Assembly (NCBI GenBank): GCA_050733195.1
Contig: JBOHSH010000045.1
Location: forward strand, 16,088-80,087
DNA from: Gemmatimonadales bacterium
GTDB taxonomy: Bacteria > Gemmatimonadota > Gemmatimonadetes > Gemmatimonadales > GWC2-71-9
Length of the DNA stretch: 64,000 bases
Direction: 5' to 3'
The notes under the pieces are model-generated. The model was not told where the DNA came from and made no database searches. It saw nothing but the letters and a program-made list of their open reading frames with translations. A program made the translations under genes and the position numbers. This document shows positions 9,671-18,771 of this stretch, piece by piece; position 1 is the stretch's first letter; each line of letters opens with the position of its first letter.

Positions 9671-11170
9671 ATGGACATCCGGCGCGTGCTCGTGGCCAAT
9701 CGCGGAGAGATCGCGCTTCGGATCGTTCGCGCCTGCCACGAGGAAGGCCTGGAGGCGGTGGCCGTGCACTCGGCCGCGGACCGCTCGAGTCCGTTCGTTC
9801 GCGCCGCCGATCTGGCGGTGGAGATCGGTCCGGCACCGCCGGCAGCGAGCTACCTGCGCATCGACGCGCTCCTCGAGGCGGCGGCCCGGACCGGCGCGCA
9901 GGCCATCCATCCGGGTTACGGGTTTCTCGCCGAGCGCGCGGCGTTCGCCGAAGCGGTGGAGCGCGCGGGGCTCGTGTTCGTGGGCCCGCCGTCCGCGGCG
10001 ATCCGGGCCATGGGCGACAAGACCGAGGCGCGCCGGCGGATGCGCGCCGCCGACGTGCCGGTCGTGCCCGGCGGCGACGCGCCGCTCACCGATCCGCGCC
10101 AGGCCCGGCACCTCGCCCGGGAGCTCGGCTATCCCGTCATGGTCAAGGCGGCCGCGGGAGGCGGGGGCCGCGGGATGCGCGTGGTTCGCGATCCCGAGGG
10201 ACTGATGCCCGCGCTGGACGCCGCGGCGACGGAGGCCCGCAAGGCGTTCGGCGACGGCAGCGTCTATCTCGAGAAGTTCCTCGAGCGGCCGCGGCACATC
10301 GAGATCCAGGTGCTGGCCGACCACACCAAGACCGTGCATCTCGGCGAGCGGGAGTGCTCGATCCAGCGCCGGCATCAGAAGCTGGTGGAGGAGTCGCCGT
10401 CCCTCGCCGTGAGCCCGCAGCTCCGGCGCGCGATGGGCAGCGCCGCGGTCTCCGCGGCGGCGGCGGTGAAATACCGGGGCGCCGGCACCTGCGAGTTTCT
10501 GCTGCTGCCCGACGGCGCGTTCTACTTCCTCGAGATGAACACCCGCATCCAGGTCGAGCACCCCGTCACCGAGCTCGTCTACGCCGTCGACCTGGTCCGG
10601 GAGCAGCTCCGCATCGCGCGGGGCAAGCCCATGAGCGTCTCGGAGTGGCCGCTGGCCCCGCGCGGCCACGCGATCGAGTGCCGGATCACCAGCGAGGACC
10701 CCGCGCACGGCTTCCTGCCGAGCACGGGGCGGATCGCCTACCTGAGCGCCCCGGGCGGGCCGGGTGTGCGCTGGGATACCGGATTCGACGTGGGCGACGA
10801 GGTCACGCTCCACTACGACTCCATGCTGGCGAAGCTCATCGTGCACGCGCCCGACCGGCTCGCCGCGATCACGCGCGCCGAGCGGGCACTGCGGGAGCTC
10901 ACCGTGGTGGGCGTCGCCACCAACCAGGGATTCCATCTCCGGCTGCTCGCGGACCCGGCGTTTCGCGCCGGGGAGATCGACATCCAGTTCCTCGAGCGGC
11001 GGCGCGATCTGCTCGAGCCCCGGGTCGAGCCCGAGCGCGAGCGGGTGGCGGCCGTGGCCGCGGCGCTCGCCGAGGAGGAGCGACGGCTCTCGCAGAAGCC
11101 GGTCGTGGGCACGGGCGGCGACGGGCTGCACACCTGGCTCGAGACGGGACGCCGGGAAGGACTCCGGTGA
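9671..11170 (+). CDS. biotin carboxylase subunit of acyl-CoA carboxylase, lacking a biotinyl domain
   Basis: MDIRRVLVANRGEIALRI, ATP-grasp GGGGRGMR and EMNTRIQVEH motifs. 499 aa: the BC domain plus about 50 aa, with no AMKM biotinylation site. Confidence 0.9.
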   Translation: MDIRRVLVANRGEIALRIVRACHEEGLEAVAVHSAADRSSPFVRAADLAVEIGPAPPAASYLRIDALLEAAARTGAQAIHPGYGFLAERAAFAEAVERAGLVFVGPPSAAIRAMGDKTEARRRMRAADVPVVPGGDAPLTDPRQARHLARELGYPVMVKAAAGGGGRGMRVVRDPEGLMPALDAAATEARKAFGDGSVYLEKFLERPRHIEIQVLADHTKTVHLGERECSIQRRHQKLVEESPSLAVSPQLRRAMGSAAVSAAAAVKYRGAGTCEFLLLPDGAFYFLEMNTRIQVEHPVTELVYAVDLVREQLRIARGKPMSVSEWPLAPRGHAIECRITSEDPAHGFLPSTGRIAYLSAPGGPGVRWDTGFDVGDEVTLHYDSMLAKLIVHAPDRLAAITRAERALRELTVVGVATNQGFHLRLLADPAFRAGEIDIQFLERRRDLLEPRVEPERERVAAVAAALAEEERRLSQKPVVGTGGDGLHTWLETGRREGLR

Positions 11171-12393
11171 ACGCCGTCGTGCGGATCCGGGGCATCGCCG
11201 CGGGCGGCGACGGGGTGGGCTCGCTCGACGACGGGCTCACGGTCTTCGTGCCCCGGACGGCCCCGGGTGAGACGGTCGAGGTGACGGTCGTGAGGCGGCG
11301 ACGCTCGTACGCGCGGGCGAGGCTCGCGCGGGTGCTGGAGCCGTCGGCGGAGCGCGTCGAGCCGCGCTGCCCGCACTACGCGGGAGACGACTGCGGCGGG
11401 TGCCAGCTCCAGCATCTCGGCTCCTGGGCCCAGCGCTCGGCGCGCGCGGCCATCGTCGCCGACGCGCTGGGCCGGATCGGCGGCGCCGCCGTCGCCGTGG
11501 AGCCGCCGGATCCCGCCGCCGACGAGTGGGAGTACCGCAGTCGCGTCACGCTCGCCGCCCGCGGCGGCCGTATCGGGTTCCATCGCCACGGCCGCCCCGG
11601 CGACGTCTTCGAGCTGGTTCGCTGTCATATCGCGCGTCCCGAGATTCAGGAGCTGTGGACGGCGCTCCGGCAGTGCCGTCGCCTGTTTCCTCCCGCCCTC
11701 GAGTCTGTCATGCTGCGCATCGACCGGTCCGGTCGCCGCCATTGCTTCCTCAAGAGCGCCGGCGAACGGGCGTGGACCCGCGCACCCGAGCTGGCGCGCG
11801 CGCTCGCCGCGGCAGGGGTGCCCGTCGTGCTCTGGTGGGCTCCGGAGCGCGGCGCTCCCCGGGTCATGGCGGGCCCGGCGGAGTCGCCGGCGGCTCTGGT
11901 CTTCGAGCAGGTGCATCCGGCGATGGGTGACCGCGCACGGCGCCACGCGGTGGACGCGCTGGGACCGGTGAGCGGTCGCACCGTCTGGGATCTCTATGCG
12001 GGCATCGGCGAGACGACCGGGCTGCTCCTCGACCAGGGGGCCGCGGTCGAGAGCGTCGAAGTGGACGCGCGGGCGGTGGCGGAAGCGGAGCGACGGAGCG
12101 TCGCCGGGCGGGCCCGGCGCCACACCGGCCGGGTCGAAGACCTGCTCGACCGGCTCGGAGCGGCGGACGCGGTGATCGCGAACCCGCCGCGGACCGGTCT
12201 CGCTCCCGAGGTCACCGGCCGGTTCGCCGCCCAGCCGCCGGAGCGCCTCGTCTACGTCTCCTGCGACCCGGCGACGCTCGCGCGCGACGCGTCCCGGCTC
12301 GCGTCCAGCCATCGCCTCGATTCCGTCACGCTGTTCGACCTCTTTCCCCAGACGGCCCACGTCGAGACCGTGGCCCGGTTCGAGCGCCGATGA
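11167..12393 (+). CDS. TRAM-domain 23S rRNA (uracil-5)-methyltransferase, RumA/RlmD family
   Basis: GTG 11167 overlaps the upstream TGA. TRAM-like N-terminus (GDGVG..VFVPRTAPGETVEV), Fe-S Cys cluster CPHYAGDDCGGCQLQH, and a SAM MTase C-terminus (DLYAGIGE, NPPRTG, YVSCDPATLARD). Confidence 0.85.
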   Translation: MNAVVRIRGIAAGGDGVGSLDDGLTVFVPRTAPGETVEVTVVRRRRSYARARLARVLEPSAERVEPRCPHYAGDDCGGCQLQHLGSWAQRSARAAIVADALGRIGGAAVAVEPPDPAADEWEYRSRVTLAARGGRIGFHRHGRPGDVFELVRCHIARPEIQELWTALRQCRRLFPPALESVMLRIDRSGRRHCFLKSAGERAWTRAPELARALAAAGVPVVLWWAPERGAPRVMAGPAESPAALVFEQVHPAMGDRARRHAVDALGPVSGRTVWDLYAGIGETTGLLLDQGAAVESVEVDARAVAEAERRSVAGRARRHTGRVEDLLDRLGAADAVIANPPRTGLAPEVTGRFAAQPPERLVYVSCDPATLARDASRLASSHRLDSVTLFDLFPQTAHVETVARFERR

Positions 12394-12929
12394 AGTACCG
12401 GGTGAGCGTGAACGGGCACGCCTACGAGGTGGAAGTGCAGGGGACCCGTGTCGTCGTGGACGGCGTGGAGCACGAGGCCGAGCTCCGGACGGTCGCGGGC
12501 ACACCGCTCCGTCTGCTGGTGCTCGACGGACGGTCATGGGCGCTGCCGGTGGAAGCCGCGGGGCGGGGACGGTGGATTCTGCACCAGTGGGGGGAGCGAT
12601 TCGAGCTCGAAGTGCTCGACGAGCGGGCCAGTCACATCCGGAGCCTCGTGGGAACCGGGAAAGCCCACGCCGGCCTCGCGCTGGTGCGCGCCCCGATGCC
12701 CGGCCTCGTGGTGCGCGTGCTGGTGACGCCGGGGCAGGAAGTAGCTGCCGGCGACGGGCTCATCGTCCTCGAGGCCATGAAGATGGAAAACGAGCTCAAG
12801 GCCGCCGGACCCGGTGTCGTGGAGCGTGTCGAGGTGACGCCGGGTCAGGCGGTCGAGCGAGGTGCCCCGCTGGTCGCCTTTCGGGAGCCCTCAACCCCTT
12901 CCGCCGGACCCGCCTCGGACTTGACCTAA
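12390..12929 (+). CDS. biotin carboxyl carrier protein with N-terminal BT-like extension
   Basis: C-terminal biotinyl domain with the EAMKMEN biotinylation motif. An approximately 100 aa N-terminal region resembles the BT/hook region of long PCC/MCC alpha subunits. ATGA overlap with the methyltransferase gene. Confidence 0.85.
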   Translation: MKYRVSVNGHAYEVEVQGTRVVVDGVEHEAELRTVAGTPLRLLVLDGRSWALPVEAAGRGRWILHQWGERFELEVLDERASHIRSLVGTGKAHAGLALVRAPMPGLVVRVLVTPGQEVAAGDGLIVLEAMKMENELKAAGPGVVERVEVTPGQAVERGAPLVAFREPSTPSAGPASDLT

Positions 12930-12950
12930 CCTGTTGGTGCCCGTTATGTT
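12921..12950 (+). promoter_or_regulatory. candidate promoter for rplM-rpsI
   Basis: TTGACC (12921-12926), an 18 nt spacer, then TATGTT (12945-12950), about 55 nt upstream of the rplM ATG. Pattern match only. Confidence 0.25.
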
Positions 12951-13004
12951 GCAAAGCTCTGTTTTAACCGCTACTCCAGAGGGGAAGCCGGGCGACACGA
13001 ACGC

Positions 13005-13448
13005 ATGAAGACCTACACCGCGACGCCGGCGGATATCCGGCACGACTGGCACATCGTCGACGCCGAGGGCGTTCCGCTCGGCCGGCTCGCCAGCGCCGTA
13101 GCGCAGCTCATCCGCGGCAAGCACAAGCCCACCTTCACGCCGCATCTCGACGGCGGTGACTTCGTCGTCGTCGTGAACGCGTCGAAGGTCCGGCTCACCG
13201 GGCGGAAGCGGGAGCAGAAGGAGTACTTCTCGCACTCCGGGTACATGGGCAACGAGCGCTTCACGCCGATCGAAACCGTGCTCGCGAAGCATCCCGAGCG
13301 GGTGATCGAGAAGGCGGTGTTCGGCATGCTGCCGAAGAACGCGCTGGCGCGGCAGCGCCTCCGGACGAAGCTCAAGGTGTACGGGGGAGCGACCCATCCG
13401 CACGCAGCGCAGCAGCCGAAGCCCTACGACGTGAAGGTGAGCGCATGA
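13005..13448 (+). CDS. rplM: 50S ribosomal protein L13
   Basis: [22 protein letters not shown]...GRLAS..A..IRGKHKP is the typical L13 N-terminus. 147 aa. Confidence 0.95.
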   Translation: MKTYTATPADIRHDWHIVDAEGVPLGRLASAVAQLIRGKHKPTFTPHLDGGDFVVVVNASKVRLTGRKREQKEYFSHSGYMGNERFTPIETVLAKHPERVIEKAVFGMLPKNALARQRLRTKLKVYGGATHPHAAQQPKPYDVKVSA

Positions 13449-13843
13449 CCACGGATCAGTTCCGCTGGCACGCCGTCGGCCGCCGGAAGACCAGCGTGGC
13501 GCGGGTCTATCTGACGCCGGGCACCGGCAAGTGGGAAGTCAACGGCCGGACCCTCGGCGATTACTTCCCCCGCTCGTCGCTGGTGCAGCACATCCAGCAG
13601 CCGTTCACCACGACCGACACGCTCGGCGCGTTCGACGTGAAGGCGCACGTGGACGGAGGCGGGCAGTCGGGTCAGGCGGGCGCGATGCGGCTCGCCCTGG
13701 CGCGGGCGCTGGTGCTGGCCGACCAGCTGCACCGGCCGAAGCTCCGGACGAACGGACTGCTCACGCGGGATCCGCGCGCCGTCGAGCGGAAGAAGCCCGG
13801 CCGGCCGGGGGCGCGGAAGCGGTTCCAGTTCAGCAAGCGCTAG
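13445..13843 (+). CDS. rpsI: 30S ribosomal protein S9
   Basis: [10 protein letters not shown]...[10 protein letters not shown]...TRD.R.VERKK.G...ARK.FQFSKR, the canonical S9 C-terminus. ATGA overlap with rplM. Confidence 0.95.
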   Translation: MTTDQFRWHAVGRRKTSVARVYLTPGTGKWEVNGRTLGDYFPRSSLVQHIQQPFTTTDTLGAFDVKAHVDGGGQSGQAGAMRLALARALVLADQLHRPKLRTNGLLTRDPRAVERKKPGRPGARKRFQFSKR

Positions 13844-13974
13844 GACGGACGGTTGCGGGCGCGACGGACGACATCTCTCACATCGCTGGACCGCGGGCTG
13901 GGTGCCCTGACGGGTCGGCTCCCGGGATGAAGGCGATGGACGCACAACCCACACGGGAAGGACAGACGGCGGTA

Positions 13975-14862
13975 ATGGCTCAACCTCAGGTGCAGGATCT
14001 CCTCGAAGCGGGCGTGCATTTCGGGCACCAGACGCGGCGCTGGAACCCCAAGATGCGCCGGTTCATCTTCGCCGAGCGCTCGGGGATCTACATCATCGAC
14101 CTGCAGAAGACGCTCCGGCAGATTCACAAGGCCCAGGAGCTGCTGCGGGCGGTGGTCCTCCGCGGCGACAACGTCCTCTTCGTCTGCACCAAGAAGCAGC
14201 TCAAGGGGCTGGTCCAGGTCGACGCCCAGGCGGCGGGCTGCCACTACGTCACGGAGCGCTGGCTCGGCGGCACGCTCACCAACTTCGCCACCATCAAGCG
14301 GCAGATCCGCCGCCTGCGCGAGCTGGAGCAGGGCACGACCGAGGGCGACTTCGACAACTACACGAAGAAGGAGAAGCTCCTCTTCGAGCGGGAGCGCGTG
14401 AAGCTCGCGCGCAACCTGGAAGGCCTGAAGTTCATGGGGCGGCTTCCCGGGGCGCTCTTCGTGGTGGACGCCAAGAAGGAGCGGATCGCGATCCAGGAGG
14501 CCAACAAGCTGGGCGTGCCGGTGGTGGCGATCGTGGACACCAACGCGGATCCCGACGTGATCACGGTGCCGATCCCGGGCAACGACGACGCGATCCGGTC
14601 GGTCTCCCTCATCACGGCGGCGCTCTGCGACGTCATCCGGGAGGCGCGGCAGCAGGCGCCGGTGCGGGAAGTCGTCGAGCACGAGGAGGCCGAGACCTAC
14701 TCGACCGACGGCGGCACCGAGGGCGATCCCGATGCGGATCGCCGGCGGCGGCGCCCCGCCCGCAAGCGGCGTCCGAAGCCCGAGGCGATCGCCGCCCGGC
14801 TCAAGCACGAAGGGGACGCCGGCGCGGCGGCCCCGACCGGAGCGACGGAATCCGGCAGCTGA
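13975..14862 (+). CDS. rpsB: 30S ribosomal protein S2
   Basis: ATG 13975 gives MAQPQVQDLLEAGVHFGHQTRRWNPKM, the canonical S2 N-terminus. The upstream part of ORF 13531..14862 is an over-extension. Basic, acidic-flanked C-terminal tail. Confidence 0.95.
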   Translation: MAQPQVQDLLEAGVHFGHQTRRWNPKMRRFIFAERSGIYIIDLQKTLRQIHKAQELLRAVVLRGDNVLFVCTKKQLKGLVQVDAQAAGCHYVTERWLGGTLTNFATIKRQIRRLRELEQGTTEGDFDNYTKKEKLLFERERVKLARNLEGLKFMGRLPGALFVVDAKKERIAIQEANKLGVPVVAIVDTNADPDVITVPIPGNDDAIRSVSLITAALCDVIREARQQAPVREVVEHEEAETYSTDGGTEGDPDADRRRRRPARKRRPKPEAIAARLKHEGDAGAAAPTGATESGS

Positions 14863-14889
14863 GCCGGGAACCGGGCCGAGCATGACCCG

Positions 14890-14932
14890 CCGCCGCGCCA
14901 TGGCCCCGAGGGCTCCAGCGCGGCGGTTTTTT
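14890..14932 (+). terminator. intrinsic terminator/attenuator between rpsB and tsf
   Basis: CCGCCGCGC (14890-14898) pairs with GCGCGGCGG (14918-14926), with further pairing possible in the loop. Followed directly by TTTTTT (14927-14932). An attenuator occupies the same position in the E. coli rpsB-tsf operon. Confidence 0.6.
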
Positions 14933-14959
14933 CTCTTCACCGGAGAAGGTTGAGAGGCC

Positions 14960-15832
14960 ATGACGACGAAGGCGTTTTCGACCAAGGACATCAGTGCGCT
15001 GCGCGTCCGGACCGGCGCGGGGATCACCGATTGCAAGAACGCGCTCACCGAGTCGGAGGGCGACATGGAGAAGGCCGTCGAGGTCCTCCGCAAGAAGGGG
15101 ATCGCGAAGGCCGACAAGCGCGCCGGCCGCACTGCGTCCCAGGGCCTCGTGGTGATCGAGGCGCTGGCGGACGGATCCGCGGCGGCGATGGTCGAGCTCA
15201 GCTGCGAGACCGATTTCGTTGCGCGGACGCCCGACTTCGCCGGCCTGGCGCGGGAGCTCGCGGTGCACACGCTGGGGAACGCCCCGGGGGGCGTGCACCC
15301 CGGGTCCGTGCTCGACGACCAGCCGTTCGGGGGCAAGACCGTCGCCGAGGTCGTGAAGGCGGTCTCGGGCAAGACCGGGGAGGCGATGAGCCTGACCCGG
15401 GTCGCGCGCTTTCAGACGACCGGCGGGACGGTGCAGAGCTATCTCCACCACAACGGCCAGGTGGGGGTGCTCGTCGAGGTCGCCGGCCCGGCCGAGCCGG
15501 CCGTGGAGGCGCTGGCCCGCGACGTGGCGCTGCACGTCGCCTCGGCCGATCCGATCGGCGTGAGTGAAGCCGACATCCCGGCCGAGACGATCGCCCGGGA
15601 GCGCCGCATTGCCGAGGAGCAGGTGGCCCAGGAGGGGAAGCCCGAGGCCATCCGCCCCAAGATCGTCGAGGGCAAGGTTCGGAAGTTCGTGGCGGAGCGG
15701 ACGCTCCTGGGCCAGGCCTTCGTGAAGGACGAGAGCCGGACGATCGGCGCGTTGCAGGCCGAGGCGTCCACGGCCGCAGGGGCGCCGGTGAGCGTCCGGC
15801 GGTTCGCCCGGTTCAAAGTGGGCGAGAGCTGA
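14960..15832 (+). CDS. tsf: elongation factor Ts
   Basis: STKDISALRVRTGAGITDCKNAL...KKG..KA.KR UBA-like N-terminus. 290 aa. Confidence 0.95.
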   Translation: MTTKAFSTKDISALRVRTGAGITDCKNALTESEGDMEKAVEVLRKKGIAKADKRAGRTASQGLVVIEALADGSAAAMVELSCETDFVARTPDFAGLARELAVHTLGNAPGGVHPGSVLDDQPFGGKTVAEVVKAVSGKTGEAMSLTRVARFQTTGGTVQSYLHHNGQVGVLVEVAGPAEPAVEALARDVALHVASADPIGVSEADIPAETIARERRIAEEQVAQEGKPEAIRPKIVEGKVRKFVAERTLLGQAFVKDESRTIGALQAEASTAAGAPVSVRRFARFKVGES

Positions 15833-16542
15833 TGCCCCTGGCCTATCGCCGGGCCCTGCTCAAGATTTCCGGCGAGGCCCTCGCGGGCAGCCGCGGCCTC
15901 GTCCTGGACTATCCCGTGGTGGAAACCCTCGCGCGGGAGATCCGCGCGGTGCACGAGCAGGGAATCCACCTCGGCCTCGTCGTCGGGGGCGGCAACATCG
16001 TCCGGGGGACTCTGGCGAGCCAGGAGGGGCTCGACCGGGTCTCCGCCGACTACATGGGCATGCTCGCGACGGTCATCAACGCCCTCGCGCTGCAGGACGT
16101 GCTGGAGCGGATCGGCGTGCAGACCCGCGTGCTCACCGCCATCCGCATGGAGTCGCTCGCGGAGCCGTACATCCGCCGGCGGGCGGTCCGGCATCTGGAG
16201 AAGGGGCGGCTCGTGATCTTCGCGGGAGGCACGGGCAACCCCTTCTTCTCCACCGATACGGCCGCGGTGCTGCGCGCGCTGGAGATGGAGGCCGAGGTGA
16301 TTCTGAAGGCCACCGGCGTGGACGGCATCTTCACCGGCGATCCGAAGCGGGATCCGACGGCGCAGTTCATCCCGGAGCTGTCCTTCCAGGAAGCGCTGGT
16401 GAACGGCTATGCCGTAATGGACGCGAACGCCTTCGGCCTCTGCAAGGAGAATCGGCTTCCCATCGTCGTCTTCAACATCAACCAGCCGGGAGCGATCGGG
16501 CGGGTGCTCGCCGGCGACCGCGTGGGGACGATCGTCCGATGA
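15832..16542 (+). CDS. pyrH: UMP kinase
   Basis: YRRALLKISGEAL, VVGGGNI.RG and FAGGTGNPFFSTDTAA motifs. 1 nt overlap with tsf. Confidence 0.95.
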   Translation: MPLAYRRALLKISGEALAGSRGLVLDYPVVETLAREIRAVHEQGIHLGLVVGGGNIVRGTLASQEGLDRVSADYMGMLATVINALALQDVLERIGVQTRVLTAIRMESLAEPYIRRRAVRHLEKGRLVIFAGGTGNPFFSTDTAAVLRALEMEAEVILKATGVDGIFTGDPKRDPTAQFIPELSFQEALVNGYAVMDANAFGLCKENRLPIVVFNINQPGAIGRVLAGDRVGTIVR

Positions 16543-17105
16543 CACCGCAAGCGACCAGCATTCTCGACATCGTGAAGCACGCCCGGGAGGGAATGCACAA
16601 GGCCGTGGAGAACACGAAGCGGGAGCTGACCGGGCTCCGCGGCAACAAGGCCAGCACGGCGCTGCTCGACGTGGTGCGCGTGGAGGCCTATGGCAGCCAC
16701 GTCCCGCTCAACCAGCTCGGGATGGTGTCGGCGCCGGAGCCGCGGCTGCTGACGGTGCAGCCGTTCGACAAGTCGCTGGTTCCGGTCGTGGAAAAGGCGA
16801 TCCGCGACTCGGACCTGGGTCTCAACCCGTCCTCGCAGGGGAGCCTCATCCGGGTGCCGATCCCGCCGCTCTCGGAGGAGCGGCGGCGCGAGCTCGTGAA
16901 GGTGGTGCACAAGCTGGCCGAGGAAGGCCGGGTGGCGGTGCGGCACGCGCGCACCGACGCGCTGCACAAGATGAAGAAAGTGGAGCACGTCTCCGAGGAC
17001 GCGAAGACCCGCGCCGAGAAGGACATCCAGAAGGTCCACGACGAGCACATCAAGCAGATCGATCAGCTGATTCACGGCAAAGAAGCGGAGATCATGGCGG
17101 TGTGA
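16539..17105 (+). CDS. frr: ribosome recycling factor
   Basis: 188 aa with LRGNKASTALLD.V.VEAYG and IPPLSEERRRELVK motifs. Confidence 0.95.
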   Translation: MTPQATSILDIVKHAREGMHKAVENTKRELTGLRGNKASTALLDVVRVEAYGSHVPLNQLGMVSAPEPRLLTVQPFDKSLVPVVEKAIRDSDLGLNPSSQGSLIRVPIPPLSEERRRELVKVVHKLAEEGRVAVRHARTDALHKMKKVEHVSEDAKTRAEKDIQKVHDEHIKQIDQLIHGKEAEIMAV

Positions 17106-17857
17106 CCCAGTCCGTGGACGAGCTGCTCGGGCGGATCCGGGTCCAGGGCGGCGTCCCGACCCACATCGCCGTGATCATGGACGGGAACGGGCGCTGGGCG
17201 CGGCGCCGGGACCTCCCGCGTCCCGCCGGGCACCAGGCCGGCATGGCCGCGGTGCGCGAGTGCGTGGAAGGGGCGATCCAGGCCGGCGTCGAGTGTCTCA
17301 CCCTCTTCGCGTTCAGCCAGGAGAACTGGCAGCGGCCGCCGGAGGAGATCGACGCGCTGATGGCGTTGCTGCAGGAATACGTCGAGCGCGAGGGAGCCGA
17401 GCTCCGCCGCCAGGGCGTGGGCGTGCGGGTGCTCGGCGAGCTCGACCGCCTCACCCCCGAGGCGCGCGCCGCCGTGGAGACGATCGAGCGGGACACCGCG
17501 GACGGCCACACGCTGACGCTCAGCATCTGCCTCTCCTACGGCTCCCGCGCGGAGATCGCGCGGGCCGCGCGGCTCATCGCCGAGGACGTCCGCGCCGGCC
17601 GGCTCCGTCCCGAGGAGGTCGGGGAAGCGGAGGTCGCCCGCCGCCTCTACACCGCCTTAGTCCCGGACCCCGACCTGCTGGTGCGCACCTCGGGAGAGCA
17701 CCGCCTCTCGAACTTCCTGCTCTGGCAGCTCGCCTACGCCGAGATTTACGTGACGCCGGTGCTCTGGCCCGACTTCACCCGGCGCCATCTCTTCGAGGCG
17801 ATCCTCGACTTCCAGCGCCGCGAGCGGCGTTACGGACGCGTCTCGAGCCACTCGTGA
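17102..17857 (+). CDS. uppS: di-trans,poly-cis-undecaprenyl-diphosphate synthase
   Basis: HIAVIMDGNGRWA, TLFAFSQENW.RP and RTSGEHRLSNFLLWQ.AYAE motifs. Confidence 0.95.
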   Translation: MTQSVDELLGRIRVQGGVPTHIAVIMDGNGRWARRRDLPRPAGHQAGMAAVRECVEGAIQAGVECLTLFAFSQENWQRPPEEIDALMALLQEYVEREGAELRRQGVGVRVLGELDRLTPEARAAVETIERDTADGHTLTLSICLSYGSRAEIARAARLIAEDVRAGRLRPEEVGEAEVARRLYTALVPDPDLLVRTSGEHRLSNFLLWQLAYAEIYVTPVLWPDFTRRHLFEAILDFQRRERRYGRVSSHS

Positions 17858-18768
17858 GCAACGACGTCAAGCGGGTGGTCGTCGCGGCGGTCGCCATTCC
17901 GGTGGCGCTCGGCCTGGTCTGGCTCGGAGGCCTCGCCGCGGCGCTGGCGGTGGCGGCGCTGGCCGCGCTCGGGACGCGGGAGCTCTGTGGCCTGGCCGAG
18001 CAGAGCGGCGTCCGTCCGCTCCGGGGGCTCGCCGTGCTGCTCGCGATCCTGGCGCCGCTCGCCACCTGGGCGCTCGCGGGCCCGTCGAGCGGGGAGCTGG
18101 CCCGCTCCAGCGGCTTTCCCGGCGGGGACCTGCTGCTCAATGCTCCGCTCTGGCTCTTCGCGCAGTGGCCGCTCGCCGCCGCGCTGGTGCCGCCGCTCGT
18201 GCTCGCCGCGACGCTGGCCGTCCGGCCGCCGGGGGATCGGCCGCTCGAGGCGGCCGCGATTACCACGTTCGCGCCGTTCTACTGCGGGGTGCTTCCCTCG
18301 GCGCTCCTGGTGATCCGGTACGGCGCCGGGCCGTCGCGCGACTGGGGCGCGGTGTGGCTCGTCTTTCTCCCGCTCGCCGTCACCTGGATCTGCGACAGCT
18401 TCGCGATGTGGGGCGGGCGGCTTATCGGCGGCGCCAAGCTCGCTCCCAGCGTGAGCCCGGGGAAGACGCGGGCGGGCGCCGTGGCGGGGCTCCTGGGCGG
18501 AACCCTCGCGGCGCTGGTGTATGTGCCGCTGGCACTTGCTCCCACCGGCCGGGACATTCCGGTCCCCCAGGCGGCCGTCATCGGGCTCGTGCTCGCGCTC
18601 GTCGCGCAGGTGGGCGATCTCGCGGAGTCGCTCTTCAAGCGCGAGGCGGGGGTCAAGGACTCCGGCGATCTCTTCCCCGGTCACGGCGGGGTGCTGGACC
18701 GGCTCGATTCGCTCTACTTCGTGCTTCCCGTGGCGGCGCTCCTCTATCGCGCCTTCGGAGTGCTCTGA
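17854..18768 (+). CDS. cdsA: phosphatidate cytidylyltransferase
   Basis: GTG 17854 overlaps the uppS TGA. Polytopic membrane protein with the signature SLFKREAGVKDSGDLFPGHGGVLDRLDS. The upstream part of ORF 17260.. is an over-extension. Confidence 0.9.
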   Translation: MSNDVKRVVVAAVAIPVALGLVWLGGLAAALAVAALAALGTRELCGLAEQSGVRPLRGLAVLLAILAPLATWALAGPSSGELARSSGFPGGDLLLNAPLWLFAQWPLAAALVPPLVLAATLAVRPPGDRPLEAAAITTFAPFYCGVLPSALLVIRYGAGPSRDWGAVWLVFLPLAVTWICDSFAMWGGRLIGGAKLAPSVSPGKTRAGAVAGLLGGTLAALVYVPLALAPTGRDIPVPQAAVIGLVLALVAQVGDLAESLFKREAGVKDSGDLFPGHGGVLDRLDSLYFVLPVAALLYRAFGVL

Positions 18769-18771
18769 GCC

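Noticed and set aside
8114-11131. 1005 aa minus-strand ORF across the carboxyltransferase and biotin carboxylase genes
   Set aside because: It is an antisense shadow of two clearly conserved genes and even spans their intergenic gap. The composition is low-complexity and R/G/P/A-rich, with no recognisable motifs.
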